From Octopus vulgaris (taxonomy: Eukaryota), in NCBI GenBank assembly GCA_951406725.2, contig OX597815.1, positions 203,422,001-203,486,000 of the forward strand: a DNA stretch of 64,000 bases. The letters are read 5' to 3'. The notes under the pieces are model-generated. The model searched no databases, was not told where the DNA came from, and was given only the letters and a program-made list of their open reading frames with translations. Each line of letters opens with the position of its first letter. Positions within the stretch are counted from its first letter, which is position 1. This document shows positions 27,503-40,392 of the stretch, one piece after another. Both the position numbers and the translations under genes were made by a program.

Positions 27503-27719
27503 ACTCTTTTACTCTTTTACTTGTTTCAGTCATTTGACTGTGGCCATGCAGGAGCACCGCCTTTAGTTGAGCAACTTGACCCTGGGGCTTATTCTTTGTA
27601 AGCCCAGTACTTATTCTATCGGTCTCTTTTGCCGAACCGCTAAGTGACGGGGACATAAACACACCAGCATCGGTTGTCAAGTGATGTTGGGGTGACAAAC
27701 ACAGACACAAACATACATG

Positions 27720-27757
<38 letters not shown>

Positions 27758-27922
27758 CACGACGGGCTTCTTTCAGTTTCCGTCTACCAAATCCACTCAC
27801 AAGGCTTTGGTCGGCCTGAGGCTATAGTAGAAGACACTTGCCCAAGGTGCCACGCAGTGGGACTGAACCCGGTATGATGTGGTTGGTAAACAAGCTACTT
27901 ACCACACAGCCAATCCTGCGCC
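27503..27922 (-). mobile_element. SINE family A, full length
   Basis: Target duplication TAACAGGTT (27494-27502 and 27923-27931). Confidence 0.9.
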
Positions 27923-30448
27923 TAACAGGTTGCTACTGTTAGTTAAATGCCAAGCAATAAAACAAAAGACCAAATGCCACACCACCTGTTTTACAAACCA
28001 TAGAAGCGTCTTGTACAGAATTGATCTGCTTAATATACCAACCAAATTTACTGCTCTTTCAGAATATTCTCTACATATATTTTCAAATGAAAAACAATTT
28101 TAGGAAAGCATGCCTGTAGTAAAGGCAGGAGGTCCACTGCCATGATATTAATCAAACAGTGAAATTCAACCAACAAATACAGATACAAGCTGGACATTTA
28201 TATAAGACATGGATAATGCCTGTGGGTCATTAATAGTCTGACTGGCTAACCTTTGTGGTATTCAATCTGTTCTGTCTAGGTTGACCTTGGCTAAGCAAAA
28301 AGATTAGTGCACATACACACACACACACAAATATAATGTAGGTGCAGGTATGGCTGTGTAGTTAAAAAGTTTTCTTCTCAACTACATGGCTTTATACTCA
28401 GTACCATTGTGTGACACCAGGGAAAGTGTCTTTTATAGCCCTGGACAAATCAAAGGCTTGTAAGTGGATTTGGTAGACAGAACTTTTAAGAAGCTCTTTT
28501 TTTTTGCGGGTGGGGTGGGGCATGCACATATCTTCACATCAGCAACAGTTGTTACAGAATGTTATCATACAAACAGTATAATCAGTTCCCAATCTTTCAT
28601 GAAAATATGTCCAGCAACGGGGAAATATAATCCTTGCTTGGTGCCAAGAAGGACACTTGGCCTAAGAAAATGTGTCTCAATGAATTGCATCTGACCCATG
28701 CAAGCAGGGAAAAGTGGATATTGTGATGGTGATGATTGCAATGATAATGAAATAAATATAAAATTTGAAAAAAAAATCTCTTTCAAAGAAATAAAAAAAG
28801 GAAAAAGGGAAAATTTGAAAAGAACAGGACATAAATGAAACAAGGAACATAAATAGTTAAATTCTATTTAAAAATCATATTAAGTGCTTTGTTTTCAAAT
28901 AACACACCACAAAGTGTATGAGTTTATTAAAGGATAGAAGAGTTGTCATAAATAATTAGGAATTAGGACCAGAAATAGTTTACAAACAAGTGATAGATAG
29001 TTATTAAGGAATTAATCTGCTGTTTTACTCAAATGCAATTCTGATGGAATGTAATAAAAGTTATGTAATAAAAGGAAAATGCATCAAAATGTTTATGAGG
29101 TAAATATATGCAAAAATCTACATCTTCACTGTATCCAAATATCATTCTGAAAACCAAAAAAAAAAGCTATAAACTAAATCTAGCATGCTTATAAATAATA
29201 ATAATCTGGCACCAAACCAACTATTATACATAGAAGGTAAGCTGTAAGATTTAGTATATATAAATAAACCCCAAAGTATTACTAGTAGATATTAAATTGA
29301 CTCTAATGAAAGGATTAAGGGTAAATTTAATCTTTGAAGTCATTTGAAATCAGAACATAGACCAATGAAATAAAATACTTGAAGCAGTGACTCTCAAATG
29401 ATGTACTATGGAATGTACTCTCAAATGGTGCCACAAGTTGTAACTAGGTGTGACACAAAATGAAATTCTAAAACTAAAAAAACCTTGCTAATTGTTTCAT
29501 TTATTGAATAAAAAAAGTAAACATTTTCTGTAGTTTTAAATTATTCATAATCTATAATATATATATATACCTGTTATTATTTCATGCATCAATTGCACCA
29601 ACACATTTTTTTTTGCTTCAAAGTGCAGGCACCACTACTGTAAAAATGCTAGGCACCACTACTGTCATGTCTTCTTAGTCTTTTACAATTCCATTCACAT
29701 GTAGGATGCATAATAGGAGTTATAAATCAACCTCAATACTTGATAGGTTGATTCATTTTATTGAACTTAGAATGAGCAAAGGAAAAAGTTGATCTTTTTA
29801 GGATTTCATCTCAAAACATAAAAAGCTCAACACAAGGCAATTTGTCCAATGTTCTAGTTATGTCCATTATTCTACCATTTCTATTAAACTCTTACCATAA
29901 AAATTGACATACAGCTATCAATTGAACAGACTCCAATACATAACTGGTACTTATTTCACTGACTTGACAATATCAAAGTGAAAGCTAAAGCCAAAGGGAT
30001 TTGAACTCAAAACATAATAGTACATAACTATATATAACTAAACACAGCACCAGGCATTTTCTTTGGCACTGTACCAATTCTGCCACCCAATGCCCCATAC
30101 TGCAATGCCAGCAACTGAAATCTGCTTCATCTTTCCAAATATAAAATGTAGATAAGTAGGACACAAACGAAGATATATTCATTGTAACCACTTAATATTT
30201 TTATAATAGCTATGAAATAGCTATATTTTGAGGCAATAACATATCAGAGGCATTAACATCTGAGAAAATGATTGAAAGAAGCTAACCATACTTTATCCCT
30301 CTCCTTGTTTCATAAATACACTATATATACATATAAAATTCAGTCCTTCTTTGAAGTGGATAAAACAAGTACCATTTTATCATTTATTGTTATTCTTGCT
30401 GTTAACTAGAACATAAAATCCATTTTATTAGATTAGCAGCTCAATTCC

Positions 30449-30485
<37 letters not shown>

Positions 30486-31012
30486 TATATATAAGCAAAA
30501 GTAGAGCGAGACTATATAGTGCGAAAATATTTCAGATATGTCACAGTTGCTTCCCTTCACACCCAGTCAACTAAACCTCTTCTATTTCATTTTTACGACT
30601 ATAAATTAGCATGGTACTACTGCGCTTGATTTAATTGATTAAAACCCTGAAGGCAATTAATTAAAAAAAAAAAATGAAACCAATAAAAAATATAAATAAA
30701 TAAATTGACAATACTTTAAACTTTATCCTAAGTGACGGCACAAATGTCAGTTATTCCTATGACACTGAGCATTCAACAAAAAGTTTTAAACTTTCCTCAC
30801 TCAATTTATTGTCATTGCATAGAAATAAAATTATATAAGTGGATCGACTTACTGCTACGTTACGCTATTTTAAGAAACACTTAACTGCTGAGTATGCCTA
30901 GAGCCACTGTAACGATCACAACTCATAATGTAACTAACGAAGGTACATAACTCTGCAAACCCCTCTGCCTTTCACCTGACCAACAACCTAATCTTTAACT
31001 TATGGTTTAGAG

Positions 31013-31213
31013 CAGTGGTTTTCAACCAGGGTTCCGCCAGTACAGTCCAGGGGTTCCGCAAGAAGTTATAAAACTGCTAAAATCGGCAGTAATTTTTAAG
31101 TCTCCTGTGCAGATATGTGTGCATAAGATTATTAAATTATTGCACAGGGGATCCTCGAGCCAGTGGAATGTTTCCTTGGGGTTCCGCTCCAGCAAAAAGT
31201 TTGAAAAGCACTG
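31013..31213. mobile_element. hAT-type MITE
   Basis: Inverted termini CAGTGGTTTTCAA / TTGAAAAGCACTG (12/13); perfect 8-bp target duplication GTTTAGAG. Confidence 0.9.
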
Positions 31214-34200
31214 GTTTAGAGGATTAACAAGAGAAGGTGCCTAGATAGTAATAACACGCAAACTCCATCAATTTGAAAAATATTACCAGCCAAACCTACC
31301 AGAGTGAATATTGGATTTAAATCGTGTACATGGGCTGGAAGGATAGTTATAAGAAGAAGAGTCAAAGTCAAGTAAAATTAACACAAATTGTAACTCAATA
31401 ATAAATTTGGTCTCATTTACTTTTAGCTGCCTCTCGGCACCCCATATTTTATTTTTTTTTTTATTAGTTTTTACTTTACCTTCATATCTTTTAAGATTCT
31501 GAGAAAGAATTAATAACTATTAAATTCTTCTAAACTAAGCTGTAACAAGATTAGGAAACACTCACCAAATACTTTTTTAAAAAAATTGTATGCGAGTGTG
31601 TTTAAAATAAACAATGCAAGTTAATTCATGCATCAACTACAAACAGGTTAAAAAGAGTAATGTGAAGAATATGGCTGAGGGGAAAACACCTCAGAAGAGC
31701 ATTCTGCATACTAAATACAAATACAGTAAGCTCTCACATATGTAACATAGCAAGTTCTTCAATTAACTGAGACAGTCCCTGCAATTAAAGAGACAAAAAC
31801 TCTCTAGAGAGTGTTTAAAATCTAACAACAAGCATTGGAGACAACTCCAATAAAATTATGGAAATGGACCTGACCAACAGGTGAGAGTGATGAATGTGAT
31901 TTGGTCAGGTTACACTTAAAATGAAGCATTTTCTATATATTCATAACCAACCTCAATACAATCCTTTCTTTATATCTATGTATGTATGTCATAAACTCAA
32001 TGAAGAGAGAGTGTGTGTGTTTGTGTGTATGACAACCACTGTCTCTACCCACATGCACACAGTGTGTATGTATGTGTATAAATGTTTGGAAGGATGGTTG
32101 ACTTTTAGTTTTGCCATCTGAGTTGGATGTACTATGCTGAAGGTGTCAAATAAAACCTAAGCATGTCCACTGCTTTTACCACATGGCTTAAGACCAGACT
32201 CACTCCCTTATTGCATTTCTATATTTTTCTTTTTTTTTAACTCTCTCCTTTAAGTGCTTTCAGATTTTATACAATCCTAAAGAGAGTTTTTGTCTACTAA
32301 CTGCATGGATAATCACAATTAATTGAAGTTTTTTTTCTTCACTATATTAAATACATGAGATATCACTATAAAAGAACATAATGCAGCCGTTGCTTCGTAC
32401 TTGCAAAACAACAGTTTGTACTAGGCACTTCCAAGACTTTTAGAAGTGCGCTAAGTAAGATTACCTGCTTGTTTGAATGAACATTGTTCTTGCCACCACA
32501 CTGTTTAGAACAAAAAGTTGACATTCATCAACACTAAAGGTGGGGTAAAGGGGAAAAGTACAAATTTTAACACAACACAAATAAAAAGAATAAACAAACA
32601 TGAAACAATATCAAACAATGGTTTTGTTTGTAACAGCAAAATGTATGCGTTCCAAAAAAAAAAAAATAATAATTCAGGGGTTTCATATACTGTTGTATCT
32701 CAGGAAGGTCATTATACCAATAATAAACATACACACATACTGGTACTATTCTACTTCACTTATTATTAGTCAACTGGTTAACATTTAACCAAACAATTAA
32801 CTAATTGATTGATCAATTATTTAATCAATGATTAACCAACTAACTAATAATAAAGTGAAACAAAACCAGGGCACATGTTTATTTTGATATAATGACCCTC
32901 CCAAGATACAAAACACATTTCAACACACAAGTTTACAACAAGAATCTTGCAAACCAAATACAAATACAAAAGTTCATACAGTTTTTTTTGAAATTCCATT
33001 TACATCAAGGTTGTATATTTAGAACAGTGAACTTCAAACTTTTCTGTTGTAATTCTATTCAAATCTAGGAATATGAAACAACCCAGTACTTGATTGGTAT
33101 TTTATTTTGTAAGAAAATGAAGGGCAAAGCCAAGTTTAGTGGGCTTTGAACTCAGAATGGAGTAAAAGGCTGAAACTCAATACCACAAGGCATTTGTTCA
33201 GTTAATGATTCAGTAACAACCAATCAACAGAGGAATGTCTACATTGTTCTTCTAACTGCTAAATACAATAGCCAAATTTTTCTCAAAGGATAATCACAGC
33301 TGGAATAACTTTGATCATATGTTTGCTTCATCAAGGCTGAGCAGGATTTAAAACAATAACAAATCAACTTATCATCCATTATAATCTAGCATGTACCCAA
33401 TCACATATTTACAAATCAATAAGGGAGTGCCTATAACAATAATGGGCAAGCTGTGGTCCACAGGACTTTCTGAATGGCATGCCTAACCAAAACCTTTCTT
33501 GAATTTTTCTAGAACTACAGCCCACCTAATAAGCCATGTCTTCTGTGGCTCACTTTTCAAATAATGATAACCACAGACTCCTGTCTGGTCTATGTAGCCA
33601 TCCAATCTATGAGAAATAGGAGGCAAATTCCCCTCAGACCACACCCAATCATCTTTGAAAAGGACAATGGATGATGATGCTCAAGACACTGAAAATAAGT
33701 GAAAATGGTCACGGCTAAATGGTTCTGATCACAGGTTTGCTTGCTCAGAGATGACTTGTGACTTGAAGCAATACAACATATTTATTTGTAAACATATTAA
33801 GTTGTAAACTGACTGAAACCAGTGTATCTAAATAATAGGTTATCTACATACATTATGAATCAAAACTATACACTTTGGATATATTTAAAGTTTTCTCATG
33901 ATTTGATATTAAAGAGAATCAAAAATCAACAGAGTGAGTGTGAGTGTGTGTGCAAATGTAGGTGATTGTGAGCATACATGTTGTGTGAAGGCATGCAGGA
34001 AGTGCTCATGAGTAGAGGATAAACTCTCCCTTTCAGTCCTCACTGACACTCAGTTATGACTTGAAAGCAGGAATGATGTTCTTTCTAATGCACCATGCCT
34101 ATACTTTTGCTTTAGGTACTCATTTGGCCATGAGCAGATGGCCATCTACTCAGCCCTGACACCCTGATCCAATGAAGGATCAAAGATGCAACTGCTGGTG

Positions 34201-34405
34201 AGAGAGAGTGCTAGAGCTAACAAGTAGATGGAAGTAAGACTTATTTGTATATGTTGCATTGTACTGGGCTCTCTTGTCACTTCAACTATTTCACTAACAC
34301 TGTCAGATCTTTTGACCAAACAGTCAACTTGAGGAAGAGTGGGAGTCTTTCACCAACCAGCACCTGGACACACAAAACAGGATCCTTTTGTCATGGTAGG
34401 CAATA

Positions 34406-34805
34406 TACTCTTTTATTCTTTTACTTGTTTCAGTCATTTGACTGTGGCCATCCTGGAGCACCGCCTTTAGTCGAGCAAATCGACCCCGGGACTTATTCTT
34501 TGTAAGCCCAGTACTTATTCTATCGGTCTCTTTTGCCGAACCGCTAAGTAACGGGGACGTAAACACACCAGCATCGGTTGTCAAGCAATGCTAGGGGGAC
34601 AAACACAGACACACACACACATATATATATATACATATATATGACAGACTTCTTTCAGTTTCTGTCTACCAAATCCACTCACAAGGCATTGGTCGGCCCG
34701 GGGCTATAGCAGAAGACACTTGCCCAAGATGCCACACAGTGGGACTGAACCCGGAACCATGTGGTTGGTTAGCAAGCTACTTACCACACAGCCACTCCTG
34801 CGTCT
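34406..34805 (-). mobile_element. SINE family A, full length
   Basis: Matches the other family A copies. Confidence 0.9.
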
Positions 34806-34834
34806 ATACATGAGAAATAGGAGAAATTTATACA

Positions 34835-35090
34835 TCTAAATGCTGTTCCAAAATTTTGCTACCTTGGAAACATCCTATCAAACATTGCCCAACTGGACAA
34901 AGAGATCACCCAGCAATTATACAAAGCAAGTTCAGCTATTGGTGAACCTCAGCATAGAATGGGGAGAGATCATGGCATCAACCTAGCCACAAAGAATTAA
35001 GTATGAGCAGTAGTGCTTACCTTTCTCCTATATGGCTGTGAGACATGGATATTCTACAGCACCGTATCAAATGCATAGACTCAGTCTGTC
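34835..35090 (+). mobile_element. old RTE-clade RT C-terminal fragment
   Basis: LNAVPKFCYLGNILSNIAQLDKEITQQLYKASSA..VVLTFLLYGCETW. Confidence 0.7.
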
Positions 35091-35931
35091 CAGCCACAGA
35101 TTTATTTGAAGACAGGCCTATCCAGTTTTTTTATAGATCCAAGTGCTATTCATGGGGCCACTGCACATTGGTCATCAACTACTTTGCAACTAGCCTCTAT
35201 GTAGTCATAGAGGCTTGTTGCCCTTTCACTTATTGACACCAGTAGGTGTGTCATAGAGCAATATAACTCGAGAAATGTGTTAAAGATGTTTTATATGGAT
35301 GTGTGTGTGTGGTACAGATGTGCAATATGAATGGTCTCATCAACTTTTAGCAAAAATATCATACATTATATATACACACACATGCATATAAATACATAAA
35401 CAATATGTAATTTTCTTTGATTTTATAGGAGCAATATACAACAGGTAGTTATTTTGTTTGTTTGTTGTATATAGATAAATATATATATAAATCAAACAGA
35501 AAAATAATATTAGATGAGAAACATTTCACTAGATTGGAGACAGTAAGTTAAAGACAAACATGAAAGATCATTGACCATTTGTACAGAAGGGGATAAAAAA
35601 GAAAAACAGAAACAGGTTGCAGATTAACAGGGACTAGAGAGAGAGAGAGTACAAAGAAACGAGAGAGTGAAGTAAGGGAAGAGAAAGAGAGAGAAAAGCA
35701 GAAGCACTGAAAGTGAAGTGCAAGAGGAGGGGCCGTGATAATAGCAACAGAGAGAGAGAATATGAATATGGGAGGAGAAAGGCCATAAGACATGGGACAT
35801 ATATATCATAGTTTATTCAGTGCTGGAAAATTCAATTTTGTTAATCATGAAAGGTTTCAAGGAAAAAAAGTTTTTATATCTATAAAATGATTTCTTCCTT
35901 GGAACCTAGAAAGAAAAGCCAAATTACTTAC

Positions 35932-36135
35932 ATTATCCATATATTCTGTGAGTAAGTCTTGTAATGCCTGGCGTACAGCATTGCACTCCTGTATGATTTT
36001 TTCGCGTCGATCATTCCGGGTGCAAGAAGAATCTGCTAAGACGGCTGCACCACTAACAATACTCTCCAAACGTTCTTCCAAAGACGGTCGGCTGTGAACT
36101 TCGTTATAGGCCAGAGGATCCATTATGAGTTTTTG
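35932..36135 (-). CDS. CTNNA: alpha-catenin coding exon 7 (204 nt): QKLIMDPLAYNEVHSRPSLEERLESIVSGAAVLADSSCTRNDRREKIIQECNAVRQALQDLLTEYMDN
   Basis: TTTCAG acceptor and GTAAGT donor; overlaps ORF 35857..36123. Confidence 0.97.
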
Positions 36136-36549
36136 CTGAAAGAAAGGAGGGAAATGTAATTAAATCAAAACAAAGAAATTAATTACTAATTTAGAAAAGA
36201 CATCCCAAAAGCCCAAAAGAATTTTTATTTTAATTTTTATTGTCTTGAAAAGCCAAACTAACCTCTGTGCAATTTGAATTCAGAACATTTCATATCAAGA
36301 TCAAACTTTCTTTTTGATCCCTCCAGGCACAATAAAATAAGTATTGGTCAGAGATAGTAGATAAAAAATTTGCTTTGCAACCATGTAGTTCCATCTTAAA
36401 TCCCATTCTACACTATATTGCATAAAAGTCTTCAAATTCAGCCTGAGACTCCTTAATGCCTTCAGAATAAAATCTGAAAGCCAAAAACTGAGTAGATGTC
36501 CATATGCAAGTGTGTGTGTGTGTATTGATATATATTTGTATATATATTG

Positions 36550-37915
36550 TCAGGGTATGCAATAGAGTGCTTAAGCTCAGACTAGTCCTGTAGAACAGCA
36601 CAGCTACAATTATCTCTGCCTACGCCCCACAAGTGGACCTACCAAATGATCAGAAGGACCATTTTTATGATGCCCTCCTACAGGCTACCTCAAATACGAG
36701 TGGCAATAAGATGTACCCAGTGTAAGCTATGGACACATAAGAGGTGCAGCAACATCAAAGGAAGATTAACTGGGAAGATAACTTTCGTGTGCGGCAGATA
36801 CACAAGGGCAATAAACACCACAGATACTCAGAAAGCAGATTCCATTACATGCCAGAGTGAGAAACTAGAAGTAGTTGATAGCTTCAACTACCTAGGTGAC
36901 CAAGTCTGTAGTTGGGGTGGCTGCTCAGAGTGTTACAACTAGAATAAGAATAGCCTGGGCAAAGTTCAGAAAGCTTCTACTGACAATAAAGGGTCTCTCG
37001 CTCAGAGTGAAAGGTAGATTGTACGATGCATATGTGCAAACTGCCATGCTTCACAGTAGTGAAACATGGGCCGTGACTGCTGACAACATGTGTAGGTTTG
37101 AAAGAAATGAAGCTAGCATGATCCGCTGGCTGTCAAATGCCAGTGTGCACACATCACAGTATAAGCGCCCTGAGAGAAATGTTGGATATAAAAAGCATCG
37201 GATGTGGCATGCAAGAGAGAAATCTGTGCTGGTATGGTCATGTACTAAGGATGGATGAGGAGAGCTGTGTGAAGTGCCACTCTCAAACAGTGGCAGGAAC
37301 CCATGGTAGAGGGAGACCCAGGAAGACATGGGATGAGGTGGTGAAGCATGACCTTTGAACGCTGGGCCTCACAAAGGCAATGACAAAAGACCATGACCTC
37401 TGGAGATATGCTGTGACCAAGGAGACCCAGCAAATAAAGAGAGATCAGAGCTGTAGTCTATGCCAGTGTCACATAACCAGTCCACTCAAAAGTACCTTTT
37501 GGATTGTAGGGCGTCATGCTGTGCTTGAGGAGACCTATTGAGTCAAGTACATCAACATCAAATCAAACCAAAATCAAATGGAAATTGCTGTGAGTGATGC
37601 CAGTGCCGTCTGTCCGGCTCTCTGTGTTGGTGGCACATAAAAAGCACCATCCAAACGTGGTCAATGCCAGTGGCATGTAAAAGCACCATCCAAACCTGAT
37701 CGATGCCAGCCCCCGTCTGGCCCCTGTGCTGATGGCACATAAAAAGCAGCCACTACACTCTTGGAGTGGTTGGCGTTAGGAAGGGCACCCAGCTGTAGAA
37801 AACACTGCCAGAGCAGACTGGAGCCTGGTGCAGTCTCCTGACTTCCCAGACCCCCCAGTTGAACTGTCCAACCCATGCCAGCATGGAAAATGGACGTTAA
37901 ACAATCATGATGACA
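36550..37915 (+). mobile_element. internally deleted RTE-clade LINE (APE fragment, RT C-terminus, 3'UTR, (GAT)n tail)
   Basis: ATIISAYAPQ endonuclease motif joined to CTQCKLWTHKRC..LEVVDSFNYLGD..RIRIAWAKF..HSSETW..LCWYGHVLRM..RGRPRKTW. Confidence 0.88.
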
Positions 37916-38395
37916 TGAAAAAAAAAGAGGAGTAACTTTGAAGTCGCTCACTTCATCAGATTATCTGACGAAAACAATGACTTGTGGAATTTTGAAGTCA
38001 CCGACACCCATTTCCTAGTAAAAAAAAAAATGATGAATTGAGAAATCCTTCACAATGTTTGTTTGATCAATGATTGAAGGCCCCTCAATCTCATCTCCTT
38101 GAATGAAGATATAGCAGCAATGCATTATTGCTTTGTTTTCCAAGTAGGTAGCAAGAGATCAGAGGAATGGATGTGGATGACAAACCCTAACATCAGGATT
38201 TTAAAATTTGTTTTACAGTTAACATCAGATTATTCCCATAATTTATTCCATATGTGTTGTACACGTGTTAACTTGTTATGTTGTATTTCTTCATATACAT
38301 AGCTTCCAGAAACACTATTGTTCTAAACTAAAATATAGAGGACTAATGAAAAAAACCATGAATAAAAAAAAAATCAACTTCAAACAGTCAGATCA

Positions 38396-38795
38396 ATATA
38401 TATACATACATACATATATATACATACATACATACATACATACATACACACATACATACATATACATACATACATATACATACATGCATACATATATATA
38501 CATACATGCATACATATATATACATACATACATATATATACATACATACATACATATATATACATACATGCATACATATATATACATACATACATACATA
38601 TATATACATACATACATACATATATATACATACATGGATACATACATACATATATATACATACATGGATACATACATACATATATATACATACATACATA
38701 CATACATGTATATACATACATACATACATATACATACATACATACATACACATACATACATACATATACATACATACATACATACACACATACAT

Positions 38796-38841
<46 letters not shown>

Positions 38842-39013
38842 ATATATATATACATACATACATATATATATATACATACATATACATACATACACATACA
38901 TACATACATACATACATACATACATACATACATACATACATACATACACACACACACATACATATATAATATATACATACATACATACATATATATACAT
39001 ACATACATACATA

Positions 39014-39075
<62 letters not shown>

Positions 39076-39308
39076 TATACACACATACATATATATATAC
39101 ATACATACATATATATACACACATACATATATATATACATACATACATATATATATACATACATATATATATACATACATATACATACATACATATACAT
39201 ACATACACATACATATATACACACATACATACATACATACATACACACACACACATACATACACACACACATACATATACATACATACACACACACACAT
39301 ACATATAT
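38396..39308. repeat. complex (TACA)n/(TA)n/(CA)n microsatellite of about 910 bp
   Basis: Visible directly; it produces the spurious long YIH/VCM ORFs. Confidence 0.97.
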
Positions 39309-39343
39309 AATAAAGAGAGAGGAAGAATATGAGCAATACATAC

Positions 39344-39517
39344 ATCTAATTCATCCAGGGCAGCAGCTAGTTCTCCCTGATGTTCATATGGATGGACATC
39401 GGAAACACCAGCGGCCTGTGCAACATCGGAGATTAAATTCACTGCATCACACATCTGCTTACAGGCGAAATCACGATTCTCTCGGGCTGCAGAAAGTTCC
39501 GGATGTCGCACATAAGC
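39344..39517 (-). CDS. CTNNA: alpha-catenin coding exon 6 (174 nt): [58 protein letters not shown]
   Basis: TTCCAG acceptor and GTATGT donor; corresponds to the start of ORF 38393..39511. Confidence 0.95.
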
Positions 39518-39550
39518 CTGGAATGGACAGATAAAAGATATATTTACATA

Positions 39551-39946
39551 CTAGCAGTATCGCCCGGCGTTGCTCGGGTTTGTAAGGGAAATAACTATAT
39601 AAGCATTTTTAGAGATGTAAAGTATAATAGCCATCTCAATATGGCTAACCACAAAGGGGGGGTGTTACTGTAGCTTTTTACGTTCTGAGATTTAATAATA
39701 AATTTTTAGAGAGTTACTTCCCTTATATATGCCAAAAATGCATTAAAAATGGGAAAAATTGATGGTAAATTTTTTTTAAAATCGTAGACTAATCATAGAC
39801 GCGTGCTAATACCCAGAAGGGCTCAATATGAATCACGACTATAAGATACCCGCTTTTGGTTAAACTGCACCGCAAAATGTGGGAGTAGTTAGGAATCTAA
39901 ATCGTAGGAGACAGACAGTACACAACCTCACTTTTATATATAAAGA
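39551..39946 (-). mobile_element. non-autonomous Helitron (about 400 bp)
   Basis: 5' TC after A, 3' hairpin CCCGAGCAACGCCGGG then CTAG before T, no target duplication. Confidence 0.85.
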
Positions 39947-40392
39947 TATGGCAGGTTACTGCAACATTGTTCTTTGTCATAGGTTTTAAAGAGAAACTAA
40001 CTAATCGCCACCTTACTTTCAGTTTTACTGTTTCTCATTGGTGCCTGTTAAGTGCTAGAAATAGCTATAATATCTCTTCAATCACACCCTAATACTCTTG
40101 AAAATGGAAGGATACATTGGAGAATGTAGTTGAGAAAAAAATGATAACCTCAACCTAACTGAAAAGTCTTATCTTTCAAGAAATCAACAAAATCTCTTGT
40201 TAGCTGCTTATCTCCCCTTTGTGTACAGTTTTTCTCTCAGGTATGTCTGTATTTCAAATTTTTTAAATCAAGAATTTAGTGACTTTATGAAAATAGCTTC
40301 TCTATTACACTGTTTTAAATATTACTTTACAAAAGATTCAATAAAATTATGAGATAGATATGGTTTAATAAATTTAAAACAATTATAAATAT

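Noticed and set aside
29385-29664. Possible old hAT MITE
   Set aside because: Only one plausible terminus and no target duplication.
30500-30800. Possible Penelope 3' end with a hammerhead relic (CTGTGA..GAAATATT on -)
   Set aside because: Too degenerate to support by eye.
14709-35931. Nested antisense LRRTM-like gene
   Set aside because: There is no long plus-strand ORF or LxxLxLxxN pattern in the ORF track.
38265-39343. ORFs of 234-372 aa
   Set aside because: They are read-through of a stop-free TACA/TA microsatellite; only 39344-39517 is a real exon.
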